Part shown: one piece after another, positions 1-8,204 of the stretch
How the letters are laid out: each line of letters starts with the position of its first letter
Position numbering within the stretch: the stretch's first letter is position 1
NCBI GenBank assembly: GCA_016187495.1
Contig: JACPJP010000018.1
Span: forward strand, 1 to 51,750
DNA length: 51,750 nucleotides
DNA from: Candidatus Woesearchaeota archaeon
GTDB taxonomy: Archaea > Nanobdellota > Nanobdellia > Woesearchaeales > GW2011-AR4
Direction: 5' to 3'
Notes under the pieces: generated by a model
Told to the model about the DNA's origin: nothing
What the model saw: only the letters and a program-made list of their open reading frames with translations
Database searches by the model: none
Translations under genes and position numbers: made by a program

Positions 1-765
1 TCCTTGCAAATGGGCACTTCCCATAATCTGGGCCAGAACTTTGCGAAAGCATTCGACATTAAATTCATTGGAAAAGATGAGAAAAAATACCTTCCATGGC
101 AAAACTCATGGGGAATTTCAACAAGGTTGATTGGAGCATTGGTTATGGTGCATTCTGATGATAAAGGCCTTGTTTTGCCTCCAAAAATAGCGCCAACGCA
201 GATTGTTATAGTCCCAATTTACAACAGCGAAAACAAGGAAAAGGTGCTAAAAAAGGCTAACGAATTAATTAATAGATTGAATGATTATGAACTAATTTTG
301 GACGACAGGGACGAGTATAAGCCAGGATGGAAGTACAATGAATGGGAACTAAAAGGCATTCCATTAAGAATTGAAATTGGGCCTAAAGACATTGAAAAAA
401 ACCAGGTTGTTTTGGTAAGGAGGGATAGCAACAATAAGGAATTTGTAAAAGTTGCTCAATTAGACAAGAGAGTAAAGGACGCATTGGAAGATATCCAAGA
501 TTCATTATACAAGAAAGCAAAGAAATTCTTGGACTCTAATCTTGCTGAGGCAAAAGACTGGAATGAATTTGTTAAGAATATAAAGAACAAAAAACTTGTC
601 AAAGCCTTTTTCTGCGGAAACGCAAAATGCGAAGAGGAAATCAAGGAAAAAACGGATGGTGTTACCTCAAGATTAATCCCATTCGAGCAGCCTAAAGATA
701 TTGGAAAATGTGTCAAATGCGGAAATGATGGGAAATTTGTTGTTGTTTTTGGGAAAGCATACTAA
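1..765 (+). CDS. proS: Prolyl-tRNA synthetase, archaeal/eukaryotic type, C-terminal part (truncated by window start)
   Basis: QMGTSHNLGQNF and SWGISTRLIGALVMVHSDDKGLVLPP motifs, anticodon-binding WELKGIPLRIEIGP, C-terminal Cys cluster and terminal KAY. Confidence 0.97.
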   Translation, partial: SLQMGTSHNLGQNFAKAFDIKFIGKDEKKYLPWQNSWGISTRLIGALVMVHSDDKGLVLPPKIAPTQIVIVPIYNSENKEKVLKKANELINRLNDYELILDDRDEYKPGWKYNEWELKGIPLRIEIGPKDIEKNQVVLVRRDSNNKEFVKVAQLDKRVKDALEDIQDSLYKKAKKFLDSNLAEAKDWNEFVKNIKNKKLVKAFFCGNAKCEEEIKEKTDGVTSRLIPFEQPKDIGKCVKCGNDGKFVVVFGKAY

Positions 766-809
766 CAGCAATCTTTTTAAAACACCCTCCTTTTCTTTTA
801 TAGCTTATC

Positions 810-979
810 GCCGGAGTAGCTCAGCCTGGTTAGAGCGCTAGAAACGAAAATTTTAGCGATACTCATATATTTGAGTTATGAAGCTTTATGCTGATGATAT
901 ACCTCAAACCGGGTCATCTAGAGTGCTTAATTATATTGAGCATGGATTAAGGTCGTGGTTTCAAGTACCGCCTCCGGCA
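810..979 (+). tRNA. tRNA-Met (elongator, CAT) with three introns: 842-860 (30/31), 868-915 (37/38), 922-949 (43/44)
   Basis: Acceptor GCCGGAG/CTCCGGC+A, D arm GCTC/GAGC, anticodon stem CTAGA/TCTAG, CAT at 864-866, T loop TTCAAGT. Each insert folds into a BHB-like motif. The G1-C2-C3 start fits elongator Met rather than initiator or Ile2. Confidence 0.88.
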
Positions 980-993
980 CTATTCATTTAGAA

Positions 994-1269
994 TTATCTA
1001 AAAAACGTTTCGTCCCTTCTGTCCCGTATATGCTCTAAATAAGCAAATAGCTTGTCATCATATCTTTCAGCATTTTTTGTATTATATTGGTAAAAATTAG
1101 TTTCTCCATGGAAAACTTCAAAACTCTGAACTTTGCCTGTAATCTCTTTTAATCCGCCATAATCTTTTTCTTCCGTTTCAAGAAACACTACAGTATAATA
1201 AACTGTAAATAAAATTAGCGTAATTACCAATAATACCATAAATGCAGTGTTTAACCTTATATCCCCCAT
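994..1269 (-). CDS. Small hypothetical protein with N-terminal membrane anchor
   Basis: 91-aa ORF between two tRNAs with a hydrophobic N-terminal helix and an upstream TTTATAAA box. Confidence 0.65.
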   Translation of the reverse strand: MGDIRLNTAFMVLLVITLILFTVYYTVVFLETEEKDYGGLKEITGKVQSFEVFHGETNFYQYNTKNAERYDDKLFAYLEHIRDRRDETFFR

Positions 1270-1305
1270 AATATAGGGTAATGAATATCAATTTATAAAT
1301 ATTGA

Positions 1306-1427
1306 CGCCACGGCTCGGATTTGAACCGAGAAATCCCGAAGGAAAACGGTTAGCTCAAAAATTCGAGACCGCCGCACTCTTCTGCTTGAACAAAACCTGT
1401 TCAAGTGCCAGATTATGCGACCGTGGC
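1306..1427 (-). tRNA. tRNA-Ser (CGA) with two introns: 1379-1406 (D loop, 20/21) and 1352-1361 (37/38)
   Basis: Minus strand: acceptor GCCACGG/CCGTGGC with G73, anticodon stem GCGGT/ACCGT, CGA at 1365-1363, long variable arm, T arm CTCGG-TTCAAAT-CCGAG; BHB/BHL motifs at both inserts. Confidence 0.9.
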
Positions 1428-1537
1428 GCAAGAATAAGTATATCTTGCAGTTTTAAAAACCTATTGATGGTCAGAGCAGTCTTCCATAATTAATTGAATT
1501 ATTATTAAAAATAAGAATTATATAAAAAAACTAATCA

Positions 1538-1969
1538 TTAACCAATCTTACAACCGGTCAAATCAGCCAGCCTGTCAAAAGTCTGCACGTTTTGGTAATA
1601 AGCCCCATTGATGAGCCATGTAGGGGTTATCTCGACATTAGGGTCCTGGGTAAAGTCCCTGTAATCAATCAACCTCATGGAATTTCCGAACATTGCTTTT
1701 TGGGCAGCAGTGTATTTGCATAAAGGTGCGCCATACACAACAGCTCCTTTTTCCGTCAAACATTTGGCAAAATCGTCTACTGGTCCTGGTTTATTGGAAT
1801 TGGCAAAGCTTACTCCGATGCCAATCCCTGCCAGAATCAATAAAACAGAAACGATAGAAACAAAGGCTATTTTTTTATTAGACATCTTGGTCGCACTCTT
1901 TTCTCTACTAGGCTCTGCTTTTTGATTTTCATGCCTAATTTCCCCTATTTCTTCTTTGCTTAGAGCCAT
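1538..1969 (-). CDS. Membrane-anchored thioredoxin/glutaredoxin-like protein
   Basis: TM helix followed by FAKCLTEKGAVVYGA..C and ITPTWLING (cis-Pro loop), ending LADLTGC; the CxxC site reads CKYT. Confidence 0.7.
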   Translation of the reverse strand: MALSKEEIGEIRHENQKAEPSREKSATKMSNKKIAFVSIVSVLLILAGIGIGVSFANSNKPGPVDDFAKCLTEKGAVVYGAPLCKYTAAQKAMFGNSMRLIDYRDFTQDPNVEITPTWLINGAYYQNVQTFDRLADLTGCKIG

Positions 1970-1975
1970 TTTCCC

Positions 1976-2191
1976 TTATGCAGCTGCGATTGGGTCAGAA
2001 ATCTCTACATTGCTGGGTTCAGGACCTGATACTGCACACCCTCCGCCTACATAGCCCTGCTGCGCACCACCCTGTGCTGGCTGCCCATAAGATGCATATC
2101 CTGTCTGGTAATCATTTCCTCCTTTAGAGCAGCCGATAACCAGTAAAGCTGCCAAAGCCAAAACAACCACCAAAACCAAAGTGCTTCTCAT
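1976..2191 (-). CDS. Small predicted lipoprotein
   Basis: Signal peptide with lipobox-like VIGC and a Gly/Gln-rich body containing GGGC; 6 bp from the next gene. Confidence 0.65.
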   Translation of the reverse strand: MRSTLVLVVVLALAALLVIGCSKGGNDYQTGYASYGQPAQGGAQQGYVGGGCAVSGPEPSNVEISDPIAAA

Positions 2192-2374
2192 TTTAACATC
2201 CTCTCCTGTTTTCTATAATATTGGAGTGAGGGTATTTGCATTACATATAAATATTTTGCTGTAAACGGCAATATGCACTGCAAATGCATTATACTTAACC
2301 TATTCCTTATCACTTAAAACCCGCTTTTTTGACAATATTTAAAAGCCATCGTTGAGTCCCTTTTAGTGTTTACC

Positions 2375-3499
2375 ATGAAAAAAATAATGGTTATAGGGGC
2401 AGGGATTATAGGATTGAGCATTTCTTACTATCTAAAAAAGCATAATTTCGACATTACACTAATAGAAAAAAACAAGGCAGGAATGGAAGCGTCTTACGCA
2501 GCCGCTGGAATGCTTGCAGCCCAATCCGAATTTGATTTTTATGAGGATTTTATGGACTTCTGCATTAAAAGCCGCAATATGTATTTGGATTATTGCAATG
2601 AAATAGAAAAAGCATCTGGAATTAATGTGGAATACCAAAAAAGCGGTATGATCAGGCCTGCATTAAATGAAGATCACGAAAAACATTTGAGAGCAAATCA
2701 CCAATGGCAGAAAAGCAAGGGATTTGAAATAGAATTTCTGTCTGGTAAAGAAATAAGGGAAATTGAGCCAAGTTTGTCAAAAAATATTATTTCTGGCTTA
2801 TATTCAAAAGATGATGGCCAAGTAAACAACAGAAAGCTAATGCAGGCTTTAATCATAGCCAATAAAAAGATAGGCAACAAAATAATCGAGAATACAGAAA
2901 TAAAAGGTCATTTAATAAAAAATAATAGAATCATCGGGGTAAAAACATGCAATGATGAAACTTTTAATGCAGACATTGTTATTAACACTGCTGGATCGTG
3001 GTCTTCTTTAATCTCTAAGGATTTAATACCTAACTTTAATGTTAAGCCTATACTAGGCCAAATGGTTTCCTTGCAGTCAGATAAGCCTTTATTGAATAAG
3101 GTCATTTTCGCATCTATACTTGGCAAAGGAGGCTATATTGTGCCAAGAAGAAATAACGAAATAATATTGGGCTCAACAATGGAAGATGCAGGTTTTGAGA
3201 AAACAGTTACAGAAGAGGGTATAAATTCAATACTGCAAAAATGCAATGAAGTAGTCCCTGAATTAAAAAAATTGAAAATAAAGGAAACATGGTCGGGCTT
3301 TAGGCCATTTGCATCAGACAATCTGCCAATAATAGGAAAAACAAGCATTGAAAATTTAGTCCTTGCAACAGCTCATGGAAGAAATGGAATTCTTTTAGCC
3401 CCAATAACAGCAAAAGCAGTCGAAGAGCTTGTAACGAACGATAAAATAATGCCAGAAATTAAGGATTTTGGGGTTGAGAGGTTTAATAATAAAGCATAA
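2375..3499 (+). CDS. thiO: Glycine oxidase ThiO
   Basis: GAGIIG FAD motif, ASYAAAGML, WSGFRP, HGRNGILLAP; thiE, thiG and thiS nearby. Confidence 0.93.
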   Translation: MKKIMVIGAGIIGLSISYYLKKHNFDITLIEKNKAGMEASYAAAGMLAAQSEFDFYEDFMDFCIKSRNMYLDYCNEIEKASGINVEYQKSGMIRPALNEDHEKHLRANHQWQKSKGFEIEFLSGKEIREIEPSLSKNIISGLYSKDDGQVNNRKLMQALIIANKKIGNKIIENTEIKGHLIKNNRIIGVKTCNDETFNADIVINTAGSWSSLISKDLIPNFNVKPILGQMVSLQSDKPLLNKVIFASILGKGGYIVPRRNNEIILGSTMEDAGFEKTVTEEGINSILQKCNEVVPELKKLKIKETWSGFRPFASDNLPIIGKTSIENLVLATAHGRNGILLAPITAKAVEELVTNDKIMPEIKDFGVERFNNKA

Positions 3500-3505
3500 T
3501 AACAA

Positions 3506-4132
3506 TTAAGATTTCTTAATCTTCTCAACAATCTCCTTAGCAGCCTCTTTAACATTCTCAGCAGCTACAACAGCGCTTATAACCGCGACATTCCTTACAC
3601 CTTGCGCTAAAACTTCATCAATATTACTTTTATTTATTCCCCCAATAGCAATTAATGGCTTACTGACTTTACTTACAATTTCCTTGATTAACCTGGTTCC
3701 AACAGTATAGTCCTTAGCCCTAGTCTTAAAAATCGGCCCTATGGTTATATAATCAACATCTTCCTTATCAGCCTTAATTGCTTGCTCAATGCTATGCGTT
3801 GATAAACCAATAATTAACTTATCCCCACAAATCTTCCTTGCTTCTTTTATTGGCATATCTAATTGTCCTAGATGAACCCCATCGGCTCCAATCTCTAGAG
3901 TAACATCAACGTAATCATTAACGATAAAAAGGACATTATTTTTTCTGCATATTTCTAATAATTTGATGGCTTCTTTCTTAATCTTATTTTTGTCCCACTG
4001 CTTTTCCCTTAATTGGATTATCTCTGCCCCGCCTTTTATTGCTTCTTTAACTACAAATTCATTGCTCCTTCCTTTAGAGATAGCACTTTCTGTTATTACA
4101 TACAGATTATTATCAAAATTAAATCTTTTCAT
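3506..4132 (-). CDS. thiE: Thiamine-phosphate synthase
   Basis: QLREK, VND, ADGVHLGQ, GLSTH, GPIFKT and AIGGI motifs. Confidence 0.96.
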   Translation of the reverse strand: MKRFNFDNNLYVITESAISKGRSNEFVVKEAIKGGAEIIQLREKQWDKNKIKKEAIKLLEICRKNNVLFIVNDYVDVTLEIGADGVHLGQLDMPIKEARKICGDKLIIGLSTHSIEQAIKADKEDVDYITIGPIFKTRAKDYTVGTRLIKEIVSKVSKPLIAIGGINKSNIDEVLAQGVRNVAVISAVVAAENVKEAAKEIVEKIKKS

Positions 4133-4245
4133 ATTAATAGGAATTATTTTGACATTTTTAATTATTATTGTTTGTTTTGTTTGTTGTATTAATAAATATT
4201 ATTTTTGCGACATATTTATTAATGAACTTATTTAGCCTAAATTAT

Positions 4246-5481
4246 ATGGACTTTGAAATAAAAGCTAAATTAAAATCCTCAAGGGCAAGAGCAGGCATAA
4301 TAACGGTACCTCATGGAAAGATACATACGCCTTATTTTATTCCTGTAGCCACATCAGCAACCGTCCGTGCATTAGACCAAGAAGACATGAATTCTTTAGG
4401 CGCAGAAGTATTATTGGCAAACACCTACCATCTTCATTTAAAGCCCGGAGATAAAATAATAAAGAAATTAGGCGGCTTGCATAAATTCATGAACTGGAAC
4501 AGGCCATTGTTTACTGATTCTGGAGGCTTCCAGGCATTCTCCTTAGGGTATGGGATGGAGCACAGCATCAACAAGTTAGGGACAATTTTTCCGGAAAAAA
4601 AGAAAGCAGCGGAAAAGCAGCCGAAAATCGCAGAGATAAATGATGACGGTGTTACATTCAATGACCCTTCGTCAGGAAAATTAGTGCACCTTAATCCTAA
4701 AAAATCAATGCAAATACAGCAAAACCTTGGAGCTGACATAATTTTGGCTTTTGACGAATGCACCTCTCCATTATCCAGCTATGAATATACCAAAAAGGCA
4801 ATGGAACGAACTCATAAATGGGCAAAAGAATCATTGCATCATCATAAAAAATCGTTAATAGCTAGAAAAAATAAATATAAAGATAAATATGGAAATCAAT
4901 CGTTGTATGGCATTGTGCAAGGCGGGGCTTATAAAGATTTGCGCATAAAATCTGCAAAATTTATTTCCTCATTAAATTTTGATGGCATAGCTATTGGCGG
5001 CTCTTTAGGAAAATCAAAAGAAGATATGCACCGCATTTTAAGCTGGGTTATCCAATTATTGCCGGAAAACAAGCCAAGGCATTTGCTGGGCATAGGGGAA
5101 ATAGAAGACATATTTAAGTGCGTGGAAAAGGGCATTGACACTTTTGACTGCGTAATGCCTACAAGGATAGGGAGAAGAGGCTCTTTGTTCATAAGCCCAA
5201 AATCACATGGTAACTTAAAAAACAAGTTCCGCATTAATATAAAAAACTTGAAATACAAATTGGACAGAAAACCGATAGATAAAAACTGCGAGTGTTTAGC
5301 TTGCAGGAAATATTCCAGGGCATATATGAATCACCTTTACAAATCACAGGAATTAGCATATTACAAATTAGCTTCATTGCATAACCTTAATTTTATGCTA
5401 AGATTAATGGAAAAAATAAGAGACTCTATTTGCAAAAGTTATTTTAATGAATTAAAGAACGAGTGGTTAAAGAAGTATTAA
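4246..5481 (+). CDS. tgt: Bacterial-type queuine/preQ1 tRNA-guanine(34) transglycosylase
   Basis: LANTYHL, TDSGGFQ, FDECT, GIVQG, GGSLG, HLLGIG, FDCVMPTR and zinc site CxCxxC..H; no archaeosine-TGT C-terminal PUA extension. Start placed at ATG 4246. Confidence 0.93.
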   Translation: MDFEIKAKLKSSRARAGIITVPHGKIHTPYFIPVATSATVRALDQEDMNSLGAEVLLANTYHLHLKPGDKIIKKLGGLHKFMNWNRPLFTDSGGFQAFSLGYGMEHSINKLGTIFPEKKKAAEKQPKIAEINDDGVTFNDPSSGKLVHLNPKKSMQIQQNLGADIILAFDECTSPLSSYEYTKKAMERTHKWAKESLHHHKKSLIARKNKYKDKYGNQSLYGIVQGGAYKDLRIKSAKFISSLNFDGIAIGGSLGKSKEDMHRILSWVIQLLPENKPRHLLGIGEIEDIFKCVEKGIDTFDCVMPTRIGRRGSLFISPKSHGNLKNKFRINIKNLKYKLDRKPIDKNCECLACRKYSRAYMNHLYKSQELAYYKLASLHNLNFMLRLMEKIRDSICKSYFNELKNEWLKKY

Positions 5482-5497
5482 ATCATTCATTGTTAAA

Positions 5498-6160
5498 CTA
5501 ATCATTGCTGGCATAAATTGGATCTTCTGGCACGAGGTATATCATCCAGAAAGTAAACAGTGTTATTATTGCCTTTACCGCTATATTGGTCAAAAACATC
5601 TGCAGGATTACGGTGCCAGGGACTATTCCTATGAAAGCTATTATCGGAAATAATATGCTGTCAATGGGTATGGAAAAAGAGTTTGATATTATAACTCTTG
5701 TCCATTGCGGCATGTGGCTTCCAATGCCTAAAGTCCAGAACTGGTAAACATAAGTGTCAATTATTTCAGATATCAAGAAAGCTATTACAGAGCCAATTAC
5801 TATCCTTAGCTGTATTCCAAACAAAAACTCCCAAGCCTTTTGGCCCCCGGCAGCAGCCCATGAGGTTTCAGCAGGAAGCATAACTACAAGCTGGAAATAC
5901 AAAGCTGCAATTATATTTATTACCCCAGCAACGTAAATTGTGGTTAAAGCCGCTTTTTTCCCAAGCTGTTTATGGATAAGGTCGCGCCACGTAAAAGTTA
6001 ATGCATATATAAATCCAGCATCCATTATTAATTTCCCAAAATAAGTTACTTTTGTAGCCGCAATATTTGAAGCCAAAGATATGAATATGTAAACCCCGCA
6101 AAGAATTATAGTTGCTTGGGTCTTGCTTATCTTGAAGGTTTCTCTTATTGCTCTTGACAT
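5498..6160 (-). CDS. yhhQ: Queuosine-precursor transporter (YhhQ/DUF165 family)
   Basis: Multi-TM protein with SNIAATK, RIVIGSVIAFLISEIIDTYVY and RVIISN..S..IDS motifs; convergent with tgt. Confidence 0.88.
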   Translation of the reverse strand: MSRAIRETFKISKTQATIILCGVYIFISLASNIAATKVTYFGKLIMDAGFIYALTFTWRDLIHKQLGKKAALTTIYVAGVINIIAALYFQLVVMLPAETSWAAAGGQKAWEFLFGIQLRIVIGSVIAFLISEIIDTYVYQFWTLGIGSHMPQWTRVIISNSFSIPIDSILFPIIAFIGIVPGTVILQMFLTNIAVKAIITLFTFWMIYLVPEDPIYASND

Positions 6161-6275
6161 TTTGCTAATCTGGCAAATTAGGCTAGAAAACCAGTTTTGT
6201 TTATAAATATTTTTGATTAATCAGTAGCTATGCAAATAGCAAGAGATTTCTTATTTATAATAATTTATAGTTTAT

Positions 6276-6291
6276 AGTATAATGTTATACT
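6276..6291. promoter_or_regulatory. Palindromic candidate operator upstream of the CARF-HTH gene
   Basis: AGTATAA-TG-TTATACT inverted repeat about 15 bp upstream of a TTATAAA TATA-like box. Confidence 0.45.
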
Positions 6292-6387
6292 TAATAATAG
6301 AAATTCTTATAAATAAGAATTGTTTCTTTTTCCTATGGAAAATTATATAAATGGGCTTTGCCTTTAAGCGCTGAGGGTGGTAACATT

Positions 6388-6990
6388 ATGGGAAAAAAGG
6401 TATTGATAGCTACATTATACGGCCCTGAGCCCGTAATTTTGGCAACAACAAGGCTTGGACCTGAACGCTTAATTCTTTTGGTTGACAAAGAGCCGAGCAA
6501 GGAGCAAGAAAACAGCCTTAAGCTAATTGAGGATTCTTTGGGCAAGGTAATTGAAGTAAAAGTTATCAAAACTGACGTCTATGACATTGTCAATGTTGCA
6601 ACAAAATGCGTTGAAGTCATAGACTTGCAACCGAAAGACGATATAATTTATGTGAACATAACTTCTGGCAGGAAAACAAAAGCTATTGGATTGTTATTTG
6701 CTACCTACGCAAGGCATGATCGGGTTAAAAAAATAGCCTATAATCCAGAAGAGGACAAGAGCGCTGTTGTTTATCTGCCAAGGTTAAGCTTTAAGCTGAG
6801 CGAAAGCGAGAAGAAGATACTGGAAGTTTTGGATAAGGGCAAATATGAAACCCCTTCGGATATTGCTGGCAAAGTGGATATGTCTACAGCTATGCTCTAC
6901 AGGGCTCTTGATGAATTGAGAGACATGGACCTAATTACGACAGAAGACGGCTATAAATTGACAGATGCCGGAAAGATTGTGAGGCTGTGA
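6388..6990 (+). CDS. Csa3-like CARF domain plus winged-helix transcriptional regulator
   Basis: N-terminal Rossmann-like VLIATL and YVNITSGRK (CARF motif II), C-terminal wHTH ending GYKLTDAGKI; SD-like GAGGGTGG. Confidence 0.85.
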   Translation: MGKKVLIATLYGPEPVILATTRLGPERLILLVDKEPSKEQENSLKLIEDSLGKVIEVKVIKTDVYDIVNVATKCVEVIDLQPKDDIIYVNITSGRKTKAIGLLFATYARHDRVKKIAYNPEEDKSAVVYLPRLSFKLSESEKKILEVLDKGKYETPSDIAGKVDMSTAMLYRALDELRDMDLITTEDGYKLTDAGKIVRL

Positions 6991-6994
6991 AAGA

Positions 6995-7834
6995 ATGGAC
7001 CAAGATAAAGCATTAGTGGTTTTTCAAGGAAAACAAATCAGAAGAACTTGGCACAATAATGAATGGTGGTTTTCAGTAGTGGATATAGTAGGAGTTTTAT
7101 CTGAAAGTGAGGATCCAAGAAATTATTGGAAAGTCCTTAAACATAGATTAAAAGATGAAGGAAGTGAGGTGGTTACAAAATGTAACCAACTGAAATTAGC
7201 TGCTTCTGATGGCAAATATTACGAAACCGACTGCGCGAACACAGAGTCAATATTCAGGATTATCCAATCAGTCCCCTCTCCAAAAGCTGAACCATTTAAA
7301 CAATGGCTCGCGAAGGTAGGCTATGAGCGTGTCCAAGAGATAGAAAACCCGGAACTTGCCCAAAAAAGAATGAAGGAGATTTACAAGGCAAAGGGCTATT
7401 CTGATGACTGGATTGAGAAAAGGGTCAGGGGCATAGCTATAAGGGATGAGCTTACTGATGAATGGAAGAAAAGGGGCGTTGAAACCGATAAAGAGTATGC
7501 AATTCTTACTGCTGAGATTTCAAAAGCCACTTTTGGCCTTACTCCAAGCGAATACCAAAAGCTCAAGGGATTGAAAAAAGAAAACTTAAGGGACCATATG
7601 AATGATTTGGAGCTCATATTTACCATGCTTGGCGAAAGAGTTACAACAGAAATAACCAGGAGCAAAGACTCGCAGGAATTTGATGGATGTGAAAGCTCGG
7701 CAAAAGAAGGCGGAGAAGTCGCAGGAAATGCAAGAAAAGACGCAGAGAAAAGGATTGGAAAATCAATAATAAGCAATAAAAATTATTTAGGGCAGAGTGA
7801 GAAGGAGAAGAGGAAAAGTTTAGAGAAGAAATAG
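6995..7834 (+). CDS. BRO-N domain protein (phage antirepressor-like)
   Basis: IRRTW..EWWFSVVDIV, RNYWKVLKHRL, IIQSVPSPKAEPFKQWLA and NLRDHM motifs. Confidence 0.9.
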   Translation: MDQDKALVVFQGKQIRRTWHNNEWWFSVVDIVGVLSESEDPRNYWKVLKHRLKDEGSEVVTKCNQLKLAASDGKYYETDCANTESIFRIIQSVPSPKAEPFKQWLAKVGYERVQEIENPELAQKRMKEIYKAKGYSDDWIEKRVRGIAIRDELTDEWKKRGVETDKEYAILTAEISKATFGLTPSEYQKLKGLKKENLRDHMNDLELIFTMLGERVTTEITRSKDSQEFDGCESSAKEGGEVAGNARKDAEKRIGKSIISNKNYLGQSEKEKRKSLEKK

Positions 7835-7847
7835 ATAAAATTGTGAA

Positions 7848-8165
7848 ATGAAAATAAACAATAATCCATGTATTAAAGCTTCGATTAAATGGGAAACAGA
7901 ATTTAATAGAAACAATAAACATTTTATTTTAGATGAAGATAAACCATTCATTGATAAAATCAAAAAGAATAACAATCTACATTTAGAATTACTTCCCCAT
8001 CCTTTTTGTGGAGATGTAGAGAATGGTCAGGTATATTTTTTACTTTTAAATCCAGGTGTTGATAGCCCCCCAAAGCTAGATGACACAAACGATAAGTACT
8101 TTTATAGAAAATTCCCAGATTTATTTCGTGAAGAATTAAAAATAATAGAATTGGTATATTTTTAG
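7848..8165 (+). pseudogene. Probably truncated gene with a UDG-superfamily-like N-terminal motif
   Basis: PHPFCGD..VYFLLLNPG resembles the P.PF.G...L.LNPG start of uracil-DNA-glycosylase-like proteins; the ORF ends after 105 aa and is more AT-rich than its neighbours. Confidence 0.4.
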
Positions 8166-8204
8166 GAATTGGTTCCAATAATAAAACAAAAAATAGAAGT
8201 TAAA

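Noticed and set aside
1302-1493. 63-aa ORF on the + strand
   Set aside because: It is the antisense of tRNA-Ser.
2192-2374. TPP riboswitch upstream of thi genes
   Set aside because: The conserved CTGAGA and CCTGA..GGGA core is not found here or upstream of thiE or thiS.
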